Of a DNA stretch of 64,000 bases, positions 39,616 through 52,420 are shown in pieces; position 1 is the first letter of the stretch; each line of letters starts with the position of its first letter. Where the stretch lies: contig JAYWIR010000083.1 of the NCBI GenBank assembly GCA_036172245.1, positions 1-64,000 on the forward strand, given 5' to 3'. The notes below the pieces were generated by a model. That model had not been told where the DNA came from, searched no databases, and saw nothing but the letters and a program-made list of their open reading frames with translations. The translations under genes and the position numbers were made by a program. This DNA is from Raillietiella orientalis (Eukaryota).

Positions 39616-40800
39616 GTCATACGTGGGCTGCATAGATGTTCCTAGAGTACCAGATGCACGAGGCCACCATCCAGTGCCTCATCTTCTCCGAGTGCTTCCT
39701 AGGAATTCCAAGATCCTGGAGCACTTCCTCGTTACCTGGATCCCGAGCTCCCAGAGAGGCAAAGACTAAAGCATGCACCCTGCACTGTTCCCCCTCTCTG
39801 CCTAGCTGAGGGCTACTTCCTTGTACCTTTCCTGTTTTTTCCTGCTAGTTGCACGCTTCTCCTTCATCCTCGAACGGGTAGCAGACGTCCAGCAGTATCA
39901 TCCGATCTCCTTTCTGAATCATTAGCTACGGTATTAAGGGGAATCTATTCCTGGAGCTTTCCGGTTGGTTGACACTAGGGTCCACTTTGCTTAATCTGCT
40001 GCGGCCTTGATGATTATCTCCTGAGTCGCGTCGTGTCGCACAATGGACAGATGAAAGTGCTTCCTGCATCTGTTTCATATGTGAGACAGCGCTTCGATCT
40101 TCCGTCCGGCGGCGCCGACACGCCCGTTCCTCTGCCTTCATCCTGAGTCCAGCCCCGACTGGTAGGATGCTTAGTAGTGCTGTTCTCAGGCACTCTACCC
40201 ACGTATCAGACAAGAGCGAAGGTCCTCAGGGATGCGAAAACCAGAGGGAGAAGGAAGGAAGAGAGGGCAGGCTGGAGAGAATGGTCGTCGCTCTTGGCAT
40301 CAGGTTCTACAGTCCCGACGGCACGTGCTCCGTCACCAAGGACGGCGAGTGTCCCGAAGCGTGCAGAGGCTTCTGCTTGTTTAGGAAGTTTCCGAAGGCA
40401 ATGAAATTCCCCCGGGAACGTGACGTGACGGGGGAAAACAGGTTCACGAAGGGATGCATTTGCACCCACTGGCGGGTCCATAAGCTCCTCAACGGCTGGA
40501 TGAACCTTCAATCCTGGAATCTCAGATGGTTACCATTGGTGAGGAAGAAGCTTCAGGCGTGGTGCATGCCTCTCCCTTGACTGAGGTGCTCTTGAACGAG
40601 GGATTGCCACTCGCACTCTCTTTACAGTGCCCTCACGCAGGAGGTGAACTTTCTCCTCGTGCTGCCGCTGAAGATCCCGCCGCCGACCGTCACGTTGGGC
40701 GATCTTCTGTCAGTAGGAGGAAGACTGCTTTTTCCCAGGGACGCCTGGTTGGTTTCCTTTTCCGCTGAGAATCCCATCGCGTTCTCATGTACAGGCCAGG
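39616..40800 (-). mobile_element. RLE-type (NeSL/Utopia-like) non-LTR retrotransposon 3' fragment, with ~300 bp insert at ~40170-40480
   Basis: SQGRG..HHA*SFFLTNGNHLRFQD*RFI, CRR, LLDVCYPFED, VHALVFASLGA.DPGN, LGIPRKHSEKMRHWMVASCIWYSRNIYAAHV-stop. Confidence 0.85.
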
Positions 40801-40842
40801 AGACATATTTTGCCGGAGGTGAAATAATGAAGTGACTTTTTC

Positions 40843-41120
40843 CAGGAGGTCCCTCCGGAGGGGGGGGGGTCCCTTCGGCGTTCCTTTCGAAGACAACCAG
40901 TGCAAGGGTTACCCTCCCATGCGTGAGAGGAACGGACCCCTTCCTCCGGAGCCCTTTCTAGATTCACAAAGTGGTCCTTCCAGGGTCAATCCCTAACTTG
41001 AGGAGGTTACACGCACCCTCGGATGCAGTGGACAGTGGTAAAGAGTTTTGTGGGCCACCCCTAAGAAGAGGAACGGTTCTTCAGCACTTGGGGAACCAAA
41101 AAAAAACAAAGCCGGAGGGA
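40843..41120 (+). mobile_element. SINE-like repeat, 3' part (copy 8)
   Basis: GACAACCAG...GCGTGAGAGGAACGGAC...GAACGGTTCTTCAGCACTTGG. Confidence 0.75.
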
Positions 41121-41396
41121 AAGCATCGATAGCCGAGCGGCAGCAGCATCAAACTGTACCGTCATCCATGCATAAAAGAATACGAATATTCCATTTACTT
41201 TCTTCAATTAAAAGTGGATATTCACATGCAGTTTATCATGTACATATACATTCAATCAGTTAATTGCTGTGTGACTATATTTATGCTTCCAACGCGCGCA
41301 ACACGCTTTGATTTCTGAACGGGAGATGAACGAGGAAGTGAGATGCTGTTCGGTGGCAGGGCGAAGGTCACGGGATGGTTCCACCACACAGCCCAC

Positions 41397-41526
41397 CCGT
41401 TCCGAACTCTCAGTGTGCCCGGCCTGCGTGCCGGGAAATCTACTCCCCATCTTCTGTTCCCCTTGCCTGGGAACACAGTTCCCAGATGATATTATTAATA
41501 AACGTCCCGGCGCAACCGGGTAATAA
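41397..41526 (+). mobile_element. 130-bp LINE 3'-end insertion with perfect 14-bp TSD
   Basis: ACCACACAGCCCAC at 41383-41396 and 41527-41540. Ends AATAAACGTCCCGGCGCAACCGGGTAATAAA. Confidence 0.85.
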
Positions 41527-42479
41527 ACCACACAGCCCACGTGCGGCCCTGTGATCATCTGAACACATCCCATCCTGTTCCGTTTCGGATTTCCACCTCG
41601 TGGGATTCTGCCGTCGATCTCTCTACCGCACCGTCACGGGTTAGTCATCAGTGTGGAGGCTGCGGATTCCTGGCTGCTCAGAAGAGAGCCGCGCCCGGAG
41701 GCGGAAGTGAGTGTCGCGATGCACGAGTCCTCTTCCTGTCGCCTGCTCCCTCGGTCACACCTGGAAGAACAAAATCCTCGTGCTCGATCAAAGCGAGGTT
41801 GGATCGGTACTGCGGACAGTGATCTGCCATCCAGCTGACCACTCAGCCGCAGGAGGAACAGTTCAAGAAATGTAAAAAGAAAAAAAAAAACGCAACTTCT
41901 CATGACTTTGGAATGGCGCGCTCTCTGGCTGCAGGACTGATTTAAATAAGACGGTTTGTTCCGAGGGCTGGCGAAAGAATTATCGGCACGGCAGCAAGCA
42001 GTAAACGACGCCGTGCAAACACAAAGTGTCCATTTCGTCGGAGGGATCCGCGGCTTCCGAAGCAAGGAAAACAAAGGCGGGACTCTTCGAAGCACCTTGA
42101 GTCTGAAAACGGGATCCAGTTGTTGTCCTAGTACTGAGCGGGGAAGCTTGAGCAAACCTCTCTTTTTGTGTGCCTTGGTAGCCGAAAGTCATCCTGACTG
42201 CTAGGATAATGCATCCCTTGTGTGAACTGGGAGTAAGAAACATCTTAGAGTCGTATCAAGTTGCGCTGCTGACAAGCTGAGCGGAGGTTTAGAGGCTACC
42301 CCGTACACATAATACACTAAGAGGACTAGCCGTCTCACGTTATCGGGATCCGTGCCGTCAATAACAGAAGAAAACTTGTTCGAGAGTAAGGGAGGTTTCA
42401 TCCCAATGATGAAGTTTCGGTTCCGCAGATGAGGTATAAACAGAAGCTTGTAAATCGATCGATAAATAGATCGCTAGGA

Positions 42480-43282
42480 TGATAAAGATCCTTTCAGGGG
42501 TTCTTTTCGGTCTTCGCTGTTTTCCTTCCAGCTTTTTTGTTTTCTTCCTTTTCTTTCGGGTTTCCATTTTCTTGGTCAGCTCTTTAGCTCTGTTCCACAC
42601 CACCCGAGGGTGTGCTTAATTCTTCAAGTTAGGGAGTATCCCCTCATGAATCCAGGAGGGGCTCCGGAGAAGGGAGTCCTTTCCTCTCACGCCTGGGGGG
42701 GGATTCCCGAAGGGAACATCCCCATACTGGTTGTCTGCGAAGGGAACCCCAAAGAGAATCTCCTTCCTAATCCGCTTCGGAGGGACCCCGAAGGGATCCG
42801 CTCCATTTTTGCTTCTCCAGAGGGAACCCGCAAGGGAGCCGCTCTTGTTTACTCTTCTGAAGAGAACTTCAAAGGGGTACTTCCGAAATGTGTCAGAAGG
42901 GCACTCCCCGAAGGGAGAGGCACGCTTCTTTGCACTCTGGAGAGGCGTCATCGATGCAAAAGCTCCATGGTACGAGACGGAGGGTTCCTCCGGAGGGGAG
43001 AGTCCGCTCCTTTGCACAAACGGAGGGAAACTTCCACTCCTCAATCCCTGGAAGGACCCGGAGATCTACTCCCATTGCCCAGGCCATTCATCGAGGGCAT
43101 CTGGTTTTAACCGCTACCGGTGCCACACCCAAATACAGGCCAACCAGAGTAATCTTGCAGGAGGAACTCGAACCTAGGAGGCACCCATCTCTCGGCCTCG
43201 ATTCCTTTTGAGTATTCGAACCCGCGACGTTTCTTGGGGCCACGATCGGAAGAAACCTCGTAGCCACATGGCCTCTGACTTT
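42480..43282 (-). mobile_element. SINE-like repeat, copy 9 (head to tail)
   Basis: Minus strand reads GTCAGAGGCCATGTGGCTACG...GCGGGTTCGAATACTC...GGTTCGAGTTCCTCC. Confidence 0.85.
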
Positions 43283-44039
43283 GTGGGCTCAAAGGAGCAG
43301 CTCAAGAAATGACGAAGCAGCAGCGCTATTCAAAACTGCTGGCAGTTTCCCTTGGTTGCCATCTGGGTTGATAAAATGGAAGCCAGCTGTACGCGAATGT
43401 TGCAGTCGTGTACACGAAAGGGGCCATTCCGATGAACTGACCTCATGGATTCACCCTCATGAAACGTGGTGCGATCGGTCCCTCTGGCTTAGTCGTGTTT
43501 CGTGACCTGCTGATCGTCAAAGCTCCCAGTGCGTTTCCTGTAGAAGGGGAGCTGAAATTCTCTTGCTGGAGGGTGTGGAGTCCAGAAGATGTTGGAGCGT
43601 TTTTCTTCACCTGCAGAGTGCACCTTTCCCATTTCAAACCTTGCATCGCAACTGAGGAACTCGAAGTTAGCCCCCCGGCTCCCGTACCAATCTTATAGGC
43701 AGCCACTAGAGCAAAGGGTGGGTTGCCTCTCCAGGATAGCTTTAAAAGGGAAGCGATTCTCCTCTTCCACCCCAATACCCAAACCTCACAGCTGCAGCCA
43801 CCAAGGATAAGATCAAAACCGCATCCTGAATTAAGGGCGACACGAGTGCCACGGAACTTTCGATTACCCACTCACCAGGATCACATCTCCTTGAAGCCGT
43901 TCCAGTGGGGTCGCACGAGAGTGACCACATCCGCTCCTTGAGTAACGAGAGTCGGCCGGAAACATTTTTTTTTTTATTTTTCATTTTGTTTTTTGGAGGC
44001 CAGTAGCGACCTAACGGGCAGGTCGCTGGTATGTAACGA

Positions 44040-44275
44040 GGGTGGCGGAAATCCTTTTCCGTTCTTCCGGTTTCTCTGCCTTCCTTCCAGCTTCCTTTTT
44101 TTCTTCCGGATTTTCGTTTTCCCCGTTCGCCAAGTGCTGAACAACTGTTCGCCTCCTGAAGAAGGGCTCGCGAAGCACTTCAACACCGTCCACGCCACCC
44201 GAGGTAATCCCTGAGGGAGGACCCTCTGAATCCAGGAAGTGTTCCGGGAGAAGGAGTCCGTTCCTCTCACGATCC
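44040..44275 (-). mobile_element. SINE-like repeat, tail fragment (copy 10)
   Basis: GGAAATCCTTTT...GTTCGCCAAGTGCTGAA...GAATCCAGGAAG...GGAGTCCGTTCCTCTCACG. Confidence 0.75.
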
Positions 44276-44289
44276 GGGCACAGCGCCTA

Positions 44290-44638
44290 CTGCGCAAAGC
44301 CTTGTGGGGCACTGCAAGGTCCCGGATCAGACTGAAACGCTTGGTGGCGCCGCGCTAGGACGCTGGCTTGGGCAATTAGACCATCGAGAAAATCGTAGTG
44401 CATGTGCAGTTTCCACTTCTCTCCCTGTGTGGGAAATTTTGGTCTTCCCGTTGGTGTGCTCGGGCACGCCACATCCTCCAGCGATGTGTTAGCAGCGCAG
44501 GACTTCTTTCGCTACTGCCGTGCAACCTACGCCGGAGGACTGGATTTGGCTACCCCCTGAGGCACCCTGTCCTCGTTGCTGCTAGCTCATCCATGGATCT
44601 CCAGCCGCCTCATAAACTGGAACGCCTGGGGACAGGAG
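44290..44638 (+). mobile_element. L1/Tx1-like ORF2 internal fragment
   Basis: LWGTARSRIRLKRLVAPR*DAGLG and WISSRLINWNAWGQE. Confidence 0.75.
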
Positions 44639-46477
44639 GAAGGGAGGAGGAAAAGGAAGGGAAGAGGAGGTGGAAGGGAGAAGGAGGACGAAATGGAAGG
44701 GAGGAGCGATTTCGTAGGCCAAAGGACCACAGAATTCCCGCCTTGATATCTCCCTTTGGAAATGAAAATCCACAATGGGATGTACATGTTCATCCTGGGA
44801 TGAACCAGATCGTGAGTGAGTGACCGAGGTCATCTTTGGAGCCAGTGTTTTCAAGGACACTGCCACCACTCTACTAGGCCATCCATCGAAGCGGTTCTCG
44901 CAGCTGCATTCCGTTTGCCACATGTACCTCCTCCACTCTGATGCAAAGGAGGAAGCGATCACACTGCTCAGGTCTGCAGCAAAGAACTGTTGCGACCTGG
45001 TGAACTCCTTCGACGTGCCGATGACACTCGGCGCATATTGGCTTAGTCATTCTCTTTCCCAGACCCCGTTCCTTCCCTCTGTCTCTTGCACTTGAGCACT
45101 CTGGAACACAGTCGAGATCGCACTTTCCAACGAGGTGCGCCATCTTTTTGTGCTTTTCTGCTTTCTTTTTTTTTTTCACTGCTTGCAACAAACATCCCGG
45201 GGTACCGAGAGAAACCCTAGAGGGAGCAGAAGCTGAGACCTCGAAGAGGAGAGGCGATTCCTAATGAGCTGACCTGGAGACCCTGTGAGATTCACTTGCA
45301 GTCCTTTTTCACGTGCTGTTTCTTTCCAGGAAACTGAGGCGCATAAAGGCAGCGAAAGTCCACAGAGCATAGTAGCCTCCGCCTGAGGCCCAGCCATCTT
45401 TGAAGAAGACCACCTCGGTCGCCATCAGAACCAGAGCTATGGAACACGTGGAATGATAACGTGTCTTGATGAGGCAGAAGAACAGCAGTTGCTGCGCCAA
45501 TGCCACTGGGAAGGGTTTACAACGATGAATTTTCTCCCATGGATGATTTCTGCCTTTCTTCACTACATCGAATCACTGGAGCAGCCACCATCCTCAGCTT
45601 AAGAGACACTGGAAGCATCTATTAAAGCTGCTGCACAGCTTTAATTGACTTATTCGGCAGAAGGGATGGCGATCGTCTGGAACGGGAACTTTTAGTGCCT
45701 TTTTTCCACGTGTTGGGCTGTAAAATTTGACGCTTTCGTTTTGCGGTTCGAAGTTGTGCATTCGAAATTGGTCCAAGCTGTCTCTTTCTAGTTGGCTTAA
45801 ACATCCGCTGCGATCCCAGGAGCGGCGTCAAGGGAAAAGTGGGGGGGCAGGAGCATGCCTGCGAGGGAGACGAGTGAGCTTTCAGGAGCCCAGCGATGAG
45901 GTCAAGGGCTCCAGTGGCGAGTAACACATGCCCGTTCGGAATCTCCGAGAGAAAGAAACGGATACCGGATGTGCGGTTTGCGGCAAGAAGGAAACAAATG
46001 TTTCCAGATCGGTAAACTTACTACTGGTCACTTTTTCTATTTGCAGGAGAGCAAAAGTAAGGAAGAGACAAAGATGGAAATCTGAGGAAGGACTTTTAAG
46101 AGTTTTCCGATGGCTTCCTAGCTGATTTTAGGAAGCTTCGTATGCCACTTCCCTCCGAAGACGTCAAATCCTCAAATTGTCATTTTGTGCAACGATTCCT
46201 GAAGGAATTCTCTATCAAACGAAAAGACAAAAAAAAAAACATTCGGTCGATCGGGTAGAATTACCACTATTAACAACGAAATGGGATTGAAAACTCGTAC
46301 GAGCGAACGCTCTTGTCTGTAGTCTGCCAGGGTGAAACTGAGAAATTGTACTCATATCTGAGAGCCTGAGCACTGGATGTTTGCCTGTCCCGAGAAACTG
46401 CAGCGAAAAAAAAAAGAAACATGGATGACTTATTGATGCATGGCTAGTTTTGTAGAGGAACCGGTTACCAGCTTAAG

Positions 46478-47413
46478 CACCAGGCTCATTTCAAAAGGAA
46501 AAGCCTATCGGATACAAAGGAAGAACGAAAAAGAGATACAAAAATGTGCATTGGCGGTTTCAACCACATACATCTCCGTGTCCTTTTACTCTGCCGTCGC
46601 CATTTTTTCCCCAAACACTTTTGATACCGTCGATGGAGCTTTTTTGAAAGCCCCTGCTTGAAATTCCGCCTCCTGGGAGTTCAACCGATTCAGCAGCACT
46701 GCAGCTTTCCACCCCTCGCCTTCCCCCTCGAATCGTTGAACCACTTCTGGAGGTGCAGGAAGGAAGACGCGGCAGTCACTGGGCAGGACTGTGAGGTGGG
46801 TGGGTGATCAAAAAGTTGCCATTTGGATTTCTGAGTCTCCTGGAATGTGCGGGCAGCAGCGCGTGGGTTCAAAAGGGTGGCGGGCTTTATGGAGCGTGGA
46901 ACTTCGCACGTCCACGGTGCAGAAACACTTTCGAAACTGCGGCGTGCCATTCGGCAGAACCGACCACGTGGAATGCTGAGACCGGAAAGTCTCCTTCGCG
47001 ACAACGCGTGCCTTGGCAACGCATGCTGTCCGCACGCTCCAGACAACGCAGAAATTCAAGTGGCAACTTTTTGATCACCCACCCACCTCACAGTCCTGCC
47101 CAGTGACTGCCACGTCTTCCTTCCTGCACCTCCAGAGTTTGCCTGCGTCTCAACGAGTTGAGGTCAGCATCTTAGTTTCAGATTGAAAGCTGCAGTGCTG
47201 AACTGGATGAACCCTCAGGCCGCGGAATTTCCTGCAGAGGGTTTTGAGAAGCTTCTTCTACGGTATGTAGGGTTTGGAAAAAAAAAAAAATGGCGACCAC
47301 GTAGAAAAAGGACATGGGGGTGCTTGTGTTTCGTACCACCAATACATTTTTGTTTCTCTTGTTTGTTCTTTCTTTCTGTCCGATCGCGCCTTTCTTTTGA
47401 AATGCGCCTCGTA
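46478..47413 (+). mobile_element. Palindromic mariner-derived non-autonomous element, copy 2
   Basis: ~370-bp inverted arms (46478-46845, 47038-47413) around ETLSKLRRAIRQNRPRGML..LLRDNA. Right end CTTTTGAAATGCGCCTCGTA. Same internal breakpoint as copy 1. Confidence 0.88.
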
Positions 47414-50400
47414 ATAGGATGAAATCTTCATAGGGAAGAGTTCGGTGCCACGAATAATCCTCATGCGTGCAACCCACGAATTAGCTACGGACCGAGATTA
47501 CTAACTGATTCAATTTTCATGTGACAGCTTCTAAACCACAGGACTCTTAACGCCAGAAGTCAGATTCAGTTGCCCTGAGCCAATCTAAATGGTAATTACT
47601 ATGATACAGCACGCTGCAGACTTCAGCGATGGAGACTCAGCATCGGAACTTCGTGTGAATGCACTTTGCCTGGTACTGACCACCACGCAGACTCTGAACT
47701 CAAAGCCGAATTCGACGGAGATCAGCGGGTCCTTCAGTCAAGTCGACAAAGTGTGATGCAAAGGGCAAGGTCAACTGAACATCTCGCATGAATCAGTTTG
47801 GCCCGAGCCACGGAATGCACGTGGGAGTTGGAAACTGGTTGGAGTCGTTGACCCCCAGGTACTGAGAATGAGAGTTCGAACAGGGGGCAACGGGAACAGG
47901 GGGAATGCCAAATGTGATAATCGAATTTGCTGGAACATAGCGGGTCGCCTTGTGCACAGAGGGCACAGAAATTCGTGTTGCAAGTGGGAAATCTGGACGA
48001 AGAGGCGGATGAATGGAGAAACAACGTTTCGCATCTGGAGGATCTGGCAAAGGTCAAGTCGGGCCGTGCAGTGCGCATGCTGCCGAGTTTCGCGATGCAG
48101 AAATCGCAGCATCCCCGCCCGCATACGCGACGTGGGAAGTCATTTATGATTTCCACCTGCACGTTTGCCCTCCCCCACGTGTACTTCTGTGCCTTTGTAC
48201 CCTGGAACTCTCTTCGAGGACCGGTCATTAAGATAATGTTTAGGAAGGCATTCGGGAAGTGGGAAATAAGTTTTATGGTCCCATGGAACTCAACCTAATC
48301 ATTTTTTTTTTTTTTTCCCCCTCACCTCATATTCATAAGTTCAGTTTCGGGGAGGTCACTTTCACTTTTTTAAAATTGGAGCCGAAGTATGGTGAAGTGC
48401 TTTCCTCGGAGCCCTAATTGATTTAAACTGATCCTTTTTCTTCGATCTGGATTCTCGTCTAATGTTGACCCTGGAAGCGTTTTTCCTGGGTGCATGACTA
48501 CACAGATGGCCGCTACTTTGCTAACGAGAAAATGCTACAGTATCATCGAGGAAACGCGGCAGGGATGAGCAGTGAGCAGTTTGATATGAACGGAATGGCT
48601 CTCGATGGACAGCTCTTCATTTTCAGAATGACAGGCATTTTCTCCCGCGATTCGATCACGATGGATCTGTGTGATGAGAAACCATGACGCCATCAGTTTC
48701 ACATAATCCATGGATCTCCAAGTTCGGAGCAACGTTGGGAGATCCGGGAAAACGTTCTCGAGAAAGAATATTCCTTCCCTGCTGGAGAGCAGGTGAGAGG
48801 AATTCAGTTTCCTCCATTTTCATCTGACTCATGGCTACATCTCATGGCTTCTGTTTGTCTCCATCCTAGTTTATGTGTTTGCCGAGTTTCGTAGTGCACA
48901 ACGGTACGTGAAACTGCAAACGCGGGTGCAACTGAACCAGAAATATCAGCACAGTTGGCATCTGTGAGATTAGGAATATACACTTTTACTATGTTTTCCT
49001 GCCTTTGCATGTTTATCTTGAACACGATCTCCCTTAGCATAGTGGATTCATAAACGTTTGCTCACAAATGCCTGACACCACGACACACACAGCGAACAAC
49101 TGATGGTTCAGCAGTCGATCTTACCTAATGTAGGAAACTGCATCAGCTGCTACTTAGCTGCAACGTGGTTTCCGCTTGGGTACGCACCAGAGCATCTGAA
49201 AGACGAAAGCCATCCAGGTTTTCGGACCTTTTCCTACGATCGACGCTCTATCAGGAGCCCAGCTACTGTACAAGAGAATCACATGAAGATCCTTAATCTT
49301 ACCTGAATGGTGCATTGTGGCAGCCATTTTAGTTACTCCAGGATGGCCTGGTCTCTGTCTCTAATTCTACTATCATCTAAGAGCGGCTTTCAGTTTCGGA
49401 GCTTACCGCTCTCAAAGAAGTTTTTGCAGTCGGAAGACGTTAGTCTTTGGCGGCAAAAGCTGCCTGGAAAGTCGCAGGCTCGGAAATGGTTCTGAGATCC
49501 AATGTCGCGTCCCGGATAAAGAGTGCAGGGGAGTGGGTGAACATCGATCCCGCCTGGAAACGAAAACAGGCACCGGTAAGAGATCATCAATTCACAGTAG
49601 TGCCTGGGGGTAAAGAACATGGGAGGAGGCACTGGTTTCAGTGATTCCTCGCTTCCTTCCCATTCCACGGGAGACGGCGCGGTGGATAGACCAGATTCCT
49701 GGACCGGAAAACTGGAGGCTGCGAACAGTTTGCCACCGGTGGAAACCGCCATCGAATGCGACGCTCCCGCTACCACCAGGAATACAAGCACGCGAACATG
49801 AAGGAATGGAACCAACCACGCGTGGTCCAAATAATGAAAAAAGGACCTTCGGAACCGTTTCCGACTGAAAACGGAAACCACAACGTCTTCGCCACGGCTT
49901 CCAGTCTCTAGGAAATCCTCTACGCGAACCTGCGGTAGGCTGGAGAGACTGTCTGGAGAAGCGACCTTCCCCCAGAAACGCGGGGCGACTTCCTTATGTC
50001 CCACCATGGGAGGATCCTGCGTAGGTGCGTTGGTTCGAGGATCAAGAAATGGACAGACAGCATTTGAGATGAACTCTGCAAGGCATGCGGAGCCAAGGAA
50101 ACGCGGCTGCACGTCTTCACCTTCCCAACGCTGCGCCAGGATTGGACAACGCTGGAGGAGGCCTGCAGACGAGGTCACGAGTGACGTTCTTGTCGAGGTT
50201 ATTTCAGGGGAATGGCGACGTTCCCCGGTTGACGTTTCCCCGTTTGGTAAGAACAACAGTTGTCCTCTTCATCACAAGCGTGTTGTGATAAGAGGGGAGA
50301 AAGTAAGGAAATCAGGAAGAGTGATGCCTGCCACCGAGACCTTGAAAAGAGTGATTCAGAGGAACACTGGCCCTAGGAGCTGCTGCCGAATCCCAGCCTG

Positions 50401-51929
50401 GCCGTATCGCTACATCTTGAAAAAGGTTGAGGATGCTGACCAGGTGAGAGCGACACAAGCACAATTTAGCAACCAGGCTACACTGATCAAAGAAGTGACG
50501 CTCTGTGCATTCAAGAAAAGGACCAAAAAAAAAAAATTCTTCTGCGCTCTGTGGCAACTGTTGCTGTTTTCATTCACTCTTTTGCTTGAAAAACGGGGGG
50601 CAACCTCGTGCATGCCCCAACCTTTCAAGATTACCGACGGCTGGGAAGAACGCTCCCATATGGGCTCACTATGCATGACTATCAGAGTGCCTGGTGAAAG
50701 TCCTCTTCAGCAGAAGTCGGCAGTGGTCCAGAAAAGATCCGTCATAGTACGAGAAACGAGAACTGGCCTGAGAGAACGTTCTGAAAATGACGTTCCAAAG
50801 AGGAAAACTTTGTGAGAAAGCGACTGGCTCGTTTGCACGATTTCTTTCCCCCTTCTTCCAAACCAAGGATCCCTGAGGAGTGGCACGGCTAAAAAGAAGA
50901 ACCAATTCCATGAGCTCCCTAGACTCCCCTTCTTCCTCAGTTTTCTAGAGCTGGGAACAGGAGGGTTCCTCGCCAAGTGGGAACAATTCCGAGAAGAAGT
51001 CGGAACTCCTCACCTTTTCAAGATGCGAGATGTTGACTTGATGGGGAAGAGGGGGGAAAATGCCCCTCGGGCGAAACCCTGCCCACTTCGACCTCTCTTT
51101 CCTCTAGGAGATCGATAAAACCACTGCGGATGAAGTGGCGGAAATAGAGGCGCACGCGCTCAGGACAAACTGTAATGGCTTCCCGCACGCGCGCACCTCG
51201 CGGATGCCATGCTTACAGTCCGCTTCGACAGCGACCCCATCGACGTGATGAGGTGGCCCCCCTCTAGGTGAGGCCATCGCGACGACCTGTTGCATACGCG
51301 CCATCGTCATAGCCAACCGCGTGAAGTCCGCCGGGCCGGTAGCGACCGGAAGAACGCACCGGTGCACAGGGGACATCGCGCACGCCACTAAGGCCAAAGA
51401 TTCGCGGCGCCATCAACAGGCGTGTAAGCGCCTGAAGCCAACGCCCCACATGTTCCTCCGGGCAAGGGGTCTCAGCGGCCCCATGTCAGCCCTGTCAGAA
51501 GCACCGGCGCAGTGGCAAAAGGGTCGAGTCCAACTCTCCGAAGGAGCGAATCCTCACCAAGACCGCCAGGCTGAAAGTCGTCCCGAAGAGGAGGGAATTT
51601 TGTCCCTGAACCCACTCCCCATCGGACCCATCCTGTGGAGAGGCGACCCGCCTCCAGAGATCCAAGGTGGGCGCCTGGCGTTTCATCGCGGAGGATTCTT
51701 TACAAGCCTTCAACACGTAGTTATAAGAGTGAAGGGGGACGCGCCGAGTGCATCAGGTTTCGGAAGACGCGGTGGGTGTGACCGATGGCCTCTGTCCCTT
51801 CCCCTCTTTCGTTTATTTATTTATTTACTGTCCATCACCTACACTCTTCCTGCCCTTCTATGCGGTCGGTCCATGAGCTGGTGGTCCTCTTTTTTTCCAC
51901 TTCCCTTTGAATGTTCTTTATAGATTAGT

Positions 51930-52420
51930 GGATTCATGAATCCACATGGCCTGTATGCTTTCCTTCTCGGAAAGGAAGAGCCCCGGGGCAACCGGCTGAA
52001 AGAGTACTGACGGCGCGCATCGCAAAGGAGTCCCCAGTGCGACATCAGAAGGGCCGAATACTCTCCCTTGAGAGGAAGGAACGAGTTGTCCGCCGCCATT
52101 GGGGGCGGACCCCATCTCAATGTGCCGGCACGCCGAGGAGCTCACCCTAATGCAGGAGCCACCCAAACGATTGTCAACGATTGTCCCCTTCGCCAGTATC
52201 ATCCAGATAGAGGGAGCACCTAGGGGAAGCGCTCCAGCCGTCGCAAGGGGGGGCGACGTGTTCGAAATGGGCATTGGGAGCAGCGGTTCGCCCCACATGC
52301 GATGGGCATCCAGCGGGCAGGGGCTCGACTTCAAGCCGTTCGGAGCGGTGGAGCACCCTACGGAGATGCGGACCGGGAAAGAGCCAAAGACAGAGGAAGG
52401 CAACTCCACGCATAAGGAAT
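51930..52420 (-). mobile_element. L1/Tx1-like pre-zinc-finger fragment
   Basis: SALLMSHWGLLCDARR matches SALLLLR*GLPCNARR at 13795-13845. Confidence 0.55.

Noticed and set aside
49390..50256. Longest ORF (288 aa) as a real gene
   Set aside because: No recognisable domain, the composition looks like an off-frame translation, and it overlaps similar ORFs on the other strand.
50280..50830. RT N-terminus of an RLE-type element
   Set aside because: Only loose resemblance (PYRYILKK, NW); too weak to list as a feature.
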